From Somniosus microcephalus (taxonomy: Eukaryota), in NCBI GenBank assembly GCA_052327205.1, contig CM126206.1, forward strand, positions 284,580,001 to 284,644,000: a stretch of DNA of 64,000 nt. Direction: 5' to 3'. The position numbers and the translations under genes are program-made. This document shows positions 12,956 to 23,414 of the stretch, piece by piece. Every line of letters begins with the position of its first letter. Positions within the stretch are counted from its first letter, which is position 1. Below the pieces are notes generated by a model that searched no databases, was not told where the DNA came from, and was given only the letters and a program-made list of their open reading frames with translations.

Positions 12956-13504
12956 AGATCTGTCAGTTTTATCTCGCGAGGCAGCTTGCGGTATATCCAG
13001 AGAATTATTAGCAGCAGAGGTTCATTGTTCGTCCTGGGCGCACAACCTCCCAGAGTACTTTGCACATGAAGTCACACTTTGGCTCCTAGGATGCGTGGCG
13101 GGGCCCGTGGAAGCAGCTGTTTGTGCTGTGCACAAGAGAAGATTAGGTGGCGAGTGCCTGAATCGTAACAGAGCTGGCGTGAGTCTCACAGAGGCCCCAG
13201 CGCTAAAGGGGATCGATCCCTTACTGTACCAGAGCTGGGGATCCCTTACAGATGGCTTTTCTTTGTCCCTACAAAGGCCAACGGGCACTCTTAGTGGAAC
13301 AGCTGTCACTGTTTCCCTTTCCCAGCGGCCTAATCAGGCCCGGCACCCTTGTGCTAATGACCCCCACCTTGGGAGGTCCGAGTCCATGGCTGCAGTCAGA
13401 CAGGAGTCAGGATTTCCCACTTTTCACGCGGTGCAAGGGTCCCAGAAATCCAGCCCCAGTGTGGTTGGTTTTCCAGACAGTACAAATTCCATTCAGTTTT
13501 ATGG

Positions 13505-14050
13505 AACATTGGAACAGGAGTAGGCCATTCAGCCCCTCGGGCCTGTTCTACCATTCAGTTAGATCATGGCTGATCTTTATCTTAACTGCATCTACCCGCC
13601 TTGGTTCTGTAGCCCTTAATGCCCTTACCTAACAAAAGGCTACTAACCTGAGCTTTGAAATTTCCTATTGACCCCCAGCCTCAACAGCTTTTTGCAGGAG
13701 AGAGTTCCAGATTTCCACTACCCTTTGTGTGAAGAAGTGCATCCTGACATCACCCTTGAATGGCCTGGCTCTAACTTTAAGGTTATGCCCCCTTGTTCTG
13801 AACTTCCCGCCTCCCCCAATCCTCGAGGAAATAGTTTCTCTCTATCTACCCTATTGAATCCATTAATCATCTTAAACACCTCAATTAGATCAGCTCTAAA
13901 TCTTCTGTATTCAAGGAAATACAAGCCTAGTCTATGCAACCTGTCCTCATAATGTAACCCTTTTAGCTCCGGAGGTGCAGTGCCCAGAACTGAACGCAGT
14001 ATTCCAGATGTGGTCCAGAGCTTTATATAACTGTAACATAACTTCTACCC
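13505..14050 (-). mobile_element. CR1 LINE 3' fragment
   Basis: Translates to LGLY.LE.RR.R.DLIEVFK; carries the CR1 3' tail gtaggccattcagcccctcg. Confidence 0.85.
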
Positions 14051-14086
14051 CTTTGTGACGCAATGACTCCATTTTGTTGCATCCAG

Positions 14087-14193
14087 GGGCAAAGCAGCTG
14101 CAGGATGGTCAGACGCAGAGCTACGGGCAAGGTCGGGTTGCCACTACCTCCACTTCACGGACATGCTGTACTGCGCGGAGAACCAAATACGAA
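14087..14193 (+). CDS. AHRR: AHRR internal coding exon (PAS-B-homologous; equivalent to AHR exon 8)
   Basis: CAG|g...a|GTAAGT, 107 bp. Translates GKAAAGWSDAELRARSGCHYLHFTDMLYCAENQIR, resembling AHR [36 protein letters not shown]. Phase joins the next exon. Confidence 0.88.
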
Positions 14194-14199
14194 GTAAGT

Positions 14200-14406
14200 C
14201 CCTCCCTGAACCTCTCTGCCTCACTACCTCTCTCTCCTCCTTTAAGACGCTCCTTTAAACCTACCTCTTTGGCCAAGCTTTTGGTCTCCAGTTCTAATAT
14301 CTTCTTATGTGGCTCGGTGCCAAATTTTGTTTGATAATCGCTCCTGTGAAGTGCCTTGGGATATTTTATGACGTTAAAAGCGCTATATAAATGCAAGTTG
14401 TTGTTG
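14200..14406 (+). mobile_element. L2-type LINE 3' end
   Basis: Same tail as 12660-12955. Confidence 0.75.
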
Positions 14407-14462
14407 CCGTAAGTTGGGATCTCTGCTCTGCACTCCATGGTGTGAAATTTCCCAATATGAAT

Positions 14463-14691
14463 TGACATGAATCTTGTCATTCATGTGGAAATGACTTATG
14501 AAATGATACTGGGCGGCCTGCTGGTGGCGCTGTCCAGGGAGAGTATAAATACTCGGGCATGGGCCCAGCTTGCTCAGGACATTCTTTAACAGGAACTAGT
14601 GAAGGACACAACTAGATCTCCATGTTGAAAAACAGTTGATTAAAGCCTTGTTTAATACTCAGACCAGGTGTCTAGTAGTTTTCTTACGTCA
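14463..14691. repeat. Left arm of an inverted repeat (partner 15740-15967)
   Basis: Reverse-complement match to 15740-15967 over ~229 bp, with scattered mismatches and small indels. Confidence 0.92.
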
Positions 14692-14778
14692 TGATTATGT
14701 ACAGGAACGCTGAACGGAGTAAAGCAGATCATATTTGTGTCAAAAACTGAGCTCCATGTTTCATGTTCCCACAAGCAG

Positions 14779-14920
14779 TGATGAACACTGGAGAAAACGG
14801 CCTCACAGTCTTCAGAGTCCTCACAAAGGAAGGCCAATGGGTTTGGCTCCAAACTAATGGCCATCTGCCCTGCAGAAACAAGTCCCCAGAATATGCCACA
14901 GTGCCTCAAGAGGAACTCAA
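14779..14920 (+). CDS. AHRR: AHRR internal coding exon (PAS-B C-terminal part; equivalent to AHR exon 9)
   Basis: CAG|...|GTAAGT, 142 bp. (M)MNTGENGLTVFRVLTKEGQWVWLQTNGHLPCRNKSPEYATVPQEEL resembles AHR [47 protein letters not shown]. Confidence 0.9.
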
Positions 14921-15295
14921 GTAAGTTACCTCTTCTTTTTAATAACATTTTTCTTGGAATTGTTCTTCAGTTACGTGTTGTCATACACTTCTACATTATA
15001 ACTAGTAAACACAACTGTTCAAAGAATATGAAAGAAGCGCACAATTTTTTTAATGCCCCGATGATACTTCTCCTGGGTTGCTCGCCGCAGTGTCCTGGAG
15101 ATCAATCTTTCATTCCTGGGGACTCCAGGATAACCCAGGACTTTTGCCCAGCTTCACTCTAACCTGCAGCTTTATTTAAACTGCCGTCAGTACAAATTGC
15201 AACCCTACACTGCTTAGAGGGGATTCGCCGGGTTCAAGTATACAAAAAGTAATTGAACATTAACAAGATGCGATTTACTTATTTATTTACAAAAA

Positions 15296-15512
15296 GAAAA
15301 TACTGCAGATGCTGGAAATCTGAAATAAAAACAGAAAATGTTGGAGATACTCAGCAGGTCAGGCAGCATCTGTGAAGAGAGAAACAGAGTTAACGTTTCA
15401 GGTCGATGACCTTTCTGACGAAAGGGCATCGACCTGAAACGTTAACTCTGTTTCTCTCTTCACAGATGCTGCCTGACCTGCTGAGTATCGCCAGCATTTT
15501 CTGTTTTTATTT
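15296..15512. repeat. Head-to-head palindrome of the Penelope-type terminal repeat with a minimal hammerhead core
   Basis: Arms of ~95 bp are near-perfect reverse complements around ~15416. CTGACGA-AAGGGCATCGACCT-GAAACGTTAACT at 15415-15447. Confidence 0.75.
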
Positions 15513-15739
15513 TATACTTATTTATTTACTTCTGTTTGTTCTTGCACTCACTGCGCCTTAACGAGGTGAGAACTAGTGACTAAGCCCAGCTGTTTCTTCC
15601 CGAAATAAACAGAGCACTTAAGACGCTATAACCGGCAACTTCAAAATTGACGTTAGTGCAAATGGCTAATGGTTATTGCTTTTTTGGCCAATATAAGCGA
15701 CTGCCCTTTTTAAATATGGACATTTTAAGTGATGGGGAT

Positions 15740-15967
15740 TGACGTAAGAAACTACTAGGCACTTGGTCTGACTATTAAACAAGGCTTTAATCAACTGTTT
15801 CACCACATGGAGATCTAGTTGTCCTTCACTAGTTCCTGTTTACAAAATGTCCTGAGCAAGCTGGGCCCGTGCCCGAGTATTTATACTCTTCCCTGGACAG
15901 CGCCACCAGCAGGCCGCCCAGTATTATTCCATAAGTCATTTCTACATGAATGGCAAGATTCATGTCA
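15740..15967. repeat. Right arm of the inverted repeat (partner 14463-14691)
   Basis: Reverse complement of 14463-14691. Confidence 0.92.
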
Positions 15968-16044
15968 GGGATGTACTTCAAAGCCCATGGCCGCACAGCA
16001 GCATGTTCTGTGCATGTTATAGTAATGTTTCTCATTTTCCACAG

Positions 16045-17275
16045 GGATGCAGAGGGATCCAAGGAGGGGCATCTGAGGAACCAATCCAATCTTGATCAAT
16101 CAGACAGCGGCGACAGACTAGTGTACAGCAACTGCAACAATACATCCCTACAGTTGAAACATCTGTATGAGGAGCATCTGACAAAAGAAGGAAGAGAGGA
16201 GAAATATGAGCCTGCTAGAAACGATGGTGGCGATAACCAAAATGAGCCACTTAATTTTTGCACCTCATTTCCCAGGGCTCCAAAGGTTTCCATCGCAGAT
16301 GATTTATGGGCATCGGAATACTCCAGGGGTCCGTCGAATTCGCAGCCCCCGAGACCTGCGGAGAGGATAAGCAATGTACCTGTACAGGTGGCTAAACCCT
16401 TCTGCGGCAAAGGTAGACTGCTCTCCGAGCCCCAGCTCAGGGGTAACGTGCAGGCCTCTAGCTTTCAAAATGTAGCCCAGAGCTTCAGGGGCGTCAGAGA
16501 GGAGGTGCAGCAGAGCCAGCCCTACTGCGCCTTGCACTACACCGACCTGGAGGGCTACCCATCTGAAAGCTGCAAATCAGAAGATGTCGCGTCAGTCGCC
16601 GATCTCGTTGCTCAAAGGCCGAAGGAGCCTCCCGCAGGGTACTGCAACAGCGCGGAAATGTTCCTCGGGGTGCATGTCAAGAGCGAATACAATCCCGACC
16701 CGCACAATGGAATGGACGGGGCCTTGGGATCTCCAAGTCGTCTGTGGACCGACAGTGGAGAAATGGGGAAAAAGATGGCGGCGAGCTTCCCGGGGCAGTT
16801 GAAGTGTGATTCCAACACGCTGGAGCAGTTGCCACCCTGTGAAAAACTGAAGGCCCTCTTCCCAGCTCCATTCTGCGGGGCCAGTGCAGCCAAGGGCAGC
16901 AGCCTGTGGACGGCGGGCAGTGCCTGTAGCCACAACAGGCCATCGAAACACGATATAGACATGGCTCACTTCAGTCCACAGAGAGCCACCCATTCCCACT
17001 GCACTCGCAGTGACCAACCTGCGGACTGTTTGCAGGCACATGCCTTCTCACGCCATCCTATCCAGGACAAGGGCCCAAGTCAAGAGGCCTATAAAGTGCC
17101 ACTGCAGTTCAAAGGTCGTGACCTAATCCACACAGTCATCAAACGAGAGCCCTCGCCCTCTCCTCCTTGGTCCTGCGACAATCCACACGACATACAGACA
17201 GCCTTGCAAAGAAATATGCCCAGCTGTTTGATAAATGCATTGACTCACAAAATTACACAGAACGCCTATTTGTAA
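16045..17275 (+). CDS. AHRR: Aryl hydrocarbon receptor repressor, last coding exon (repression domain)
   Basis: Acceptor ttttccacAG, in phase with the previous exon (K|DAEGSKEGHLRN). Long open frame with three psi-K-x-E/D SUMO motifs (VKSE, LKCD, IKREPSPSPPW) typical of the AHRR C-terminus. No AHR Q-rich region. Upstream of EXOC3 as in human. Confidence 0.88.
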
Positions 17276-17535
17276 TCCTTGTTTTAAAAAGAAACCATCG
17301 CACTTTTTTTTTTCAAATCTACTTGGCTCCGAGAATGTTGTCTGAAAGTATTTACTTTGCTGTAATTCCTGATGTATCGCTCATCGCCGTTTATTTTGCA
17401 ATTTTGTATGAAGATTTTTTATTATAATTTGCTTATGACGATACTGCATGTGAATGTTAACAGTCTTGGAGCACATGAAAAACATTGAAATACTCCATTT
17501 TAAAAAGTCAGTTGTGTCTGAGGAACCCACAGTTA

Positions 17536-17790
17536 GAACAACTTGTATTTATATAGCGCCTTTAACATAGTAAAAGGTCTCAAGCTGCTTCACAGGAGTG
17601 TTATCGGTGAAATTTGACACCGAGCCACATAAGGAGATATTAGGGCAAGTGACCAAAAGCTTGGTCAAAGACGTAGGCTTTAAGGAGCGTCTTAAAGGAG
17701 AAGAGAGAGGTGGAGAGGCGGAGAGGTTTAGGGAGGGAATTCCAGAGCTTAGGGTCTAAACTTCTGAAGACACGGCCACCAGTGGAATGG
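17536..17790 (-). mobile_element. L2-type LINE 3' end
   Basis: Reverse complement of the tail at 12660 and 14200. Confidence 0.75.
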
Positions 17791-18607
17791 AATAGAACCC
17801 CGATGTTAACCCTGCTCCCCACCCCCAGGAAATTGGGTGGGTGGGCAGTTAAAACTGGGGCAGCAGTCTGGTTGAAAGATGCACTGTCTGGTACATAAAG
17901 AGATTTAAACTCTTTCTTTTTATTCTCCTCCATTGAGTTCCTGCTCTTGTCCTTAAGACAGCGGTTCACCATTCTGCAGTTGCTACCTTGCCCAAAGATC
18001 TATACTTCATGGCGTGAGTCTGTGAGTGTTAACACGGCTGATCCACCTTTAAAGTTACTACAGCCAAGCTTGATTTAGCCTTAACCTGATCTCCACAAAC
18101 TTAGGCTTCCAGCGCCGTGTCACTGGACAGCAACCAGGAGAGATGGGATGCATTTCATCCTAGAATGACAACGCTGAGGCTAATTGTAATGCTCCCTGTG
18201 ATACACAACTAACTCAGCACAGATCGGGGATTGAACCTAGGACCTTCCTGGCTCGGTATCACACCTGGTGCTTGGGTTATTCCTCTTTAATTATCTAATA
18301 ATGTGACTGTTTGCAATGTTCTAATGTGCACATGGTCCAGACAGCATAATGTGGATAGTTTGCCTGTTCTTTTGCAATGGAAACAAGGAAATGAGCTATC
18401 TTGCTTTGGAACATTTTTCTGCATTAAATGCGCTATATAAATGCAAGTTGTTGTTGTATCCAATGCATAGACTAACAGAGTTTGAGCGTGAGTTGCAGGC
18501 ATGTATTGGATTTCTGTTGCCTTTGGGCTTGAATTTGTACTGTCATGGATGTTCAACTCATGCTCCAACCAGCCAACAAACCCTCTTTGTAACAGAGTCA
18601 CAGGTAC

Positions 18608-18915
18608 AATAGTATAGTGATTATGTTACTGGACTAGCAATCCAGAAAGTACGAGTTCAAATCCCAGTTCAGTTGACCACAAAATTGTCAGATTGTCATA
18701 AAAAACCAACTGGCTCGCTAATGTCCTGTAGGGAATGAATCCTGCCGTCCTTACCTGGTCTGGTCTATATGTGATTCCAGTCTCACACCAATGTGGTTGA
18801 CTCTTAATTGCACTCTGAAAGTGGCCTAGCAAACCACTCAGTTGCATCACTACCTACTCGAGGCAACTAGGGATGGGCAATAAATGCCGGCCCTATCAGT
18901 GACGCCAACATCCCG
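18608..18915 (+). mobile_element. HE1-like V-SINE
   Basis: tRNA-like head (GAGTTCAAATCCC), V-domain-like centre (ctgccgtccttacctggtctgg...gtggttgactcttaa...ccactcagtt), tail gggcaataaatgccggcc. Confidence 0.75.
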
Positions 18916-18917
18916 GA

Positions 18918-20082
18918 AACATAGAAGATAGGAGCAGGAGTAGGCCATTCGGCCCCTCGAGCCTGCTCCGCCATTCAATGTGATCATGGCTGATCATCCA
19001 AATTCAGTACCCGGTCCCTGCTTTCTCCCCATATCCCTTGATCCCTTTAGCCTTAAATATATCCAACTCCTTCTTGAATATATTTAATGAATTGGCCTCT
19101 ACTGCCTTCTGTGGAAGAGAATTCCACAGGTTCACCACTCTCTGGGTGAAGAAATTCTTCCTCATCTCTGTCCTAAATGGCTTACCCCTTATCCTTAGAC
19201 TGTGACCCCTGGTTCTGGACTGTCCAACCATCGGGAACATCCTTCCTGCATCTAGTCTGTCTAGTCCTGTTAAAATTTTATAAGTTTCAATGAGATCCCC
19301 TCTCATTCTTCTAAACTCCAGCGAGTATAAGCCCAATCGACCCAATCTCTCCTCATACGTCATTCCTGCCATCCCAGGTATCAGCCTGGTGAATCTTCGC
19401 TGCGCTCCTTCCATGGCAAGAACATCCTTCCTCAGATAAGGCAACCAAAACTGCATACAATACTCAAGATGTGGTCTCACCAAGGCCCTGTACAACTGCA
19501 GCAAGACATCCTTGTTCCTGTACTCAAACCCTCTCGCTACGAAGGCCAACATACCATTTGCCTTCTTAACCGCCTGCTGCACCTGCATGCTTACCTTCAG
19601 CGACTGGTGCACAAGGACGCCCAGGTCTCGTTGCACTTCCCCTTCTCCCAATCTATTGCCATTCAGATAATAGTCTGCCTTCTTGTTTTTGACACCAAAG
19701 TGGATAACCTCGCATTTATCCACGTTATATTGCATCTGCCATGCTTCTGCCCAATTACCCAACCTATCCAAATCATACTGGAGTTTCTCGGCATCTTCCT
19801 CACAGCACACACGCCCACCCAGCTTTGTGTCATCTGCAAACTTGGAGATATTACATCTAGTTCCCTCGTCCAGATCATTAATATATATTGTGAATAGCTG
19901 GGGTCCAAGGACCGATCCCTGCGGTACCCCACTAGTCACTGCCTGCCACTCGAAAAAAGAGCCCTTTATTCCAACTCTTTGCTTTCTGTCTGCCAACCAG
20001 TTCTCTATCCAAGTCAATACCTTGCCCCCAATCCCATGTGCCTTAACTTTACACGCTAATCTCTTATGTGGGACCTTATCGG
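18918..20082 (-). mobile_element. CR1 LINE, 5'-truncated (RT C-terminal half and 3' UTR)
   Basis: ORF 19004-20017: GVPQGSVLGP, FADDTK, RPHLEYC. Confidence 0.95.
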
Positions 20083-20142
20083 AAACAATTTTTTTTTAAT
20101 GCCTTATGTGCCTGCCACACACCCCTCTCTTATATGTAATAG

Positions 20143-20250
20143 CCAGTTCTAACGAAGGGTCTTTGACCTGAAACGTTAACTCCGTTTCTCCCTCCACGGA
20201 TGCTGCCCTGGCCTGCTGAGTTTTTCCAGCGTTTTCTGTTGTTATTTCCT
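20143..20250. repeat. Penelope-type terminal repeat with a degenerate hammerhead core
   Basis: ccagttCTAACGAagggtctttgacctGAAACGTTAACT, followed by the family sequence. Confidence 0.6.
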
Positions 20251-21245
20251 CTCTTCCGTGTAATGGTTACAACAACTACAATTTGCATTTATATGGCACT
20301 TTTAACGATAATGTAAGAATTGTTTTCAAAGTGTCATAATCAGAAATATGAAGAAAAACAGGGGCTGATCACAAGAAAACAATCACATCAAATTGTTCAG
20401 ATGCCATCATAAAATAAGAGGACCATGCTCTACCAGTTTATAAGTATTTTAACCTTAACGTGAGATGATTATCATACTCAGAATACATCATTTTGATAGC
20501 ACATATATAAGAATGTCAGTGTTACTTTTAGCAATAAATATTGAGCCAATGTCGAAATTAAGGTTTTATTTCGAAGTGATTTTTTTTTCCATTTCGTTAA
20601 TGAAAGATTAAATCTGTGATCTAATCACTGCAAGATTGACAGGATTTCATTGACAGTAAGTTACCGGGAGACATGTAACACTGCTCGGTACATCACATAC
20701 TCATTGTGATGATCCCTACATGAAGTTTCAATCCTGACAGTTTCCTGTAAAGATAAATATAATCTTCCTCATTTAGTGTCTCAATACCCTGTTTTTTCTT
20801 GTGTGCTGCCTCTTTCGCTGATTTTCCAACACAATACAAGAAAGGAAGCTGATTATGTCTCGTCTATTAAATCAAGTATTAAAGAGATAAAATGTTGAGA
20901 ATAAGTTTTGCTCCATGACTGTTTACTGATTGCTAAAGCCTGCTGTCAATGTTGCTGCTCATTTCTTGTAACTAAATGTAAAAACAGCAATAATGTACAG
21001 AAAGCAACGTGTATTTATGAAATGACTTTATTCAGTTTCAACATATATGCGATATCCTTAATACTTCGCTTTTTTTTCTCTATCAAACTTTTTTTTTGGG
21101 GGTGGGGTGGGGTGGAGGGTCAGCAAACAAGCACTTGCAGGTCAAGTACAGATTGATACGCACACTAAACTACCCAGTACTCTGCTGCAACAATGTGCCT
21201 TAAAGTCAGCTTCACAAAAATACCCACTGCTATGGCAACGAGATA

Positions 21246-21579
21246 CAGGAAGCTCTTTTTTTATCCGGCACTGATGGGACCGGCGTGGTGCCGGTTTATC
21301 AAAAAGTTCGGATTACAGAGAGGTACAGTTAAAAGGTACGAGAGCTCCATACACAGCAACAAATCCAGGCTTCCGTTGCTTAGCAACAGCTGCAGGAACC
21401 CCAGCCACAGACCAAGCGTCCCTGTTGCTTAGCAACAAGTGCAGGAACCCCGATTATACAGCCACAGATCCAGGAACGGCCACTAATATGAAGTAAAACT
21501 TACCTGAACCTACTCCTGAATTTTGACGGTTAACAGAGATTTCTGGTTATTTAGGTGCCGGTAAATCGAGAGTTTCCTG
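21246..21579. mobile_element. pogo/Tigger-like MITE carrying X-box-like palindromes
   Basis: TA|CAGGAA...TTCCTG|TA termini; related copy in opposite orientation at 55697-56038; contains GTTGCTTAGCAAC twice. Confidence 0.7.
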
Positions 21580-21954
21580 TATTTGCCAGCTCGTATCTAT
21601 GACTCTTGAATCCCTGCTCCCTGCCAGCTCCCCTCTTCCCTCTAGGAGAGCAGCAGGATTTTTGCACCAAGTTGTTCCACAGTTCCTATTGCTCGCTTTA
21701 GTGGTTATTGAAATAGCAGATGTATCTGAGGCCCTTTGCAAGCTTTTTTTAACTATATTTTATATTCAGCACTAGTCAATCTCAAGTGGCGTTGCACACG
21801 CAGTCAAGTCCTAGTGTAGCTTTCAGGTGACGCGGGGTTAGAGGGTGGGGGGAGAGCACAATGATGTAATTCAGTACACATTTTAAAGTCATACATTCTG
21901 TCCTTTTACATTTCCATTATAAATTCCTTTGTCTACTCTTCTAACGGGAATGGC

Positions 21955-22275
21955 CTGTGAGGCGTTAAACAGAGGCCCCGGGCGTCTGCCCTGTCAGGTG
22001 GATGTAAAAGATCCCACGGCATTATTTCAAAGAAGAGCAGGGGAGGTCTCCCCTGGTGTCCTGGGGCCAACATTTTTTCCTCAACCAACATCACAGAAAC
22101 AGATGGTCTGGTCATTATCACATTGCTGCTTGTGGGAGCTTGCTGTGCAGAAATTGGCTGCCGTGCTTCCTACATTACAACAGTGATTGCAGTTCAAAAG
22201 TACTTTATTGGCTGTGAGGCGCTTTGTGATGTCCTGAGGTCGTGAAAGGCGCTATATAAATGCAAGTTCTTTCTT
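21955..22275 (+). mobile_element. Deu-domain SINE (SacSINE1/AmnSINE-like), 5' truncated
   Basis: caggtggatgtaaaagatccca...aagagcagggga...ctcaaccaacatca...aaattggctgccg core plus ggcgctatataaatgcaagt tail. Confidence 0.8.
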
Positions 22276-22864
22276 TTCTTTCCCTATGTAAACTTGTCAT
22301 GTGGTATACCCTGTGATGGCGCTACAGTTCCCATTATAAATGTGGACAAAATCATTTATAATGGCAAAAAAATGACAAGTTTGGGCAAACGTGAGATTTT
22401 TAATATAGATTTTTAAAGATATATGCAACAACTGTGTTTTTCACAAGCTTGAGAAAACAGTTTCTGCTCAAAAACAAAATTTCAGAACTTCTTCAATGCA
22501 ATGCAGTTTACATTATTTGTTGCAATATTCCCTTACTCAGAATCAATGGAAGAAAATTCTCCTCATAGTCTTGCAGACAGTGTGGATCTGTCCGGGAAAA
22601 CATGTAAAACAGTTCGTTTTTCCAATCAACAAATATGCTTTAGAATCTTCTAGAATGAAGGAATCATTCCTGTTCTACCATTTTGGAGTGTGCACTAATT
22701 ATTGTTTTATAATTCCAAAACATTAAAAAATCCAGTTTAAAAAATTATCTACAATAAAATATTTGTACATATTTTATCAAAACCTCTTCTAATTGCTCCT
22801 GACTATCATTGTCTATGCAACTAACACACACCCACATACCTTGACAAGACAGTTGAGGCCTACA

Positions 22865-23410
22865 AGAAAGGAGGGAGAGAGAAAACAGGGAACTACAGGC
22901 CAGTTAGCCTGACATCAGTCGTCGGAAAATGCTGGAATCCATTATTAAGGAAGTGGTAACAGGGCACTTAGAAAAATTATAATATGGTTAGGCAGAGTCA
23001 ACATGGTTTTATGAAAGGGAAATCGGGTTTGACAATTTATTAGAGCTTTTGGAGGATGTTACTAGCAGGGTAGATAAAGGGGAACCAGTGGATGTAGTAT
23101 ATTTCGATTTCCAAAAGGCCTTCGATAAGGTGTCACATAAAAGGTTATTATACAAGATTAGGGCTCATGGGGTTGGGGGTAATATAGTAGCATGGATAGA
23201 GGATTGGTTAACGGACAGAAAACAGAGAGTAGGGATAAACGGATCTTTTTCAGGTTGACAGGCTGCAACTAGTGGGGTGCCGCAAGGATCAGTGTTGGGG
23301 CCTTAGCTATTTACAATCTATATTAATGACCTAGATGAAGGGACATCTGTGTAATGTATCCAAGTTAGCTGACGATACAAAGCTCGGTGGGACAGTAAGC
23401 TATGAGAACA
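22865..23410 (+). mobile_element. CR1 LINE RT fragment
   Basis: [18 protein letters not shown] and GVPQGS motifs, with frameshifts. Confidence 0.9.
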
Positions 23411-23414
23411 CAAA

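Noticed and set aside
15950-16044. N-terminal part of the 441-aa ORF as a standalone gene start
   Set aside because: It is intronic. The real exon begins at the acceptor 16045, in phase with upstream AHRR exons.
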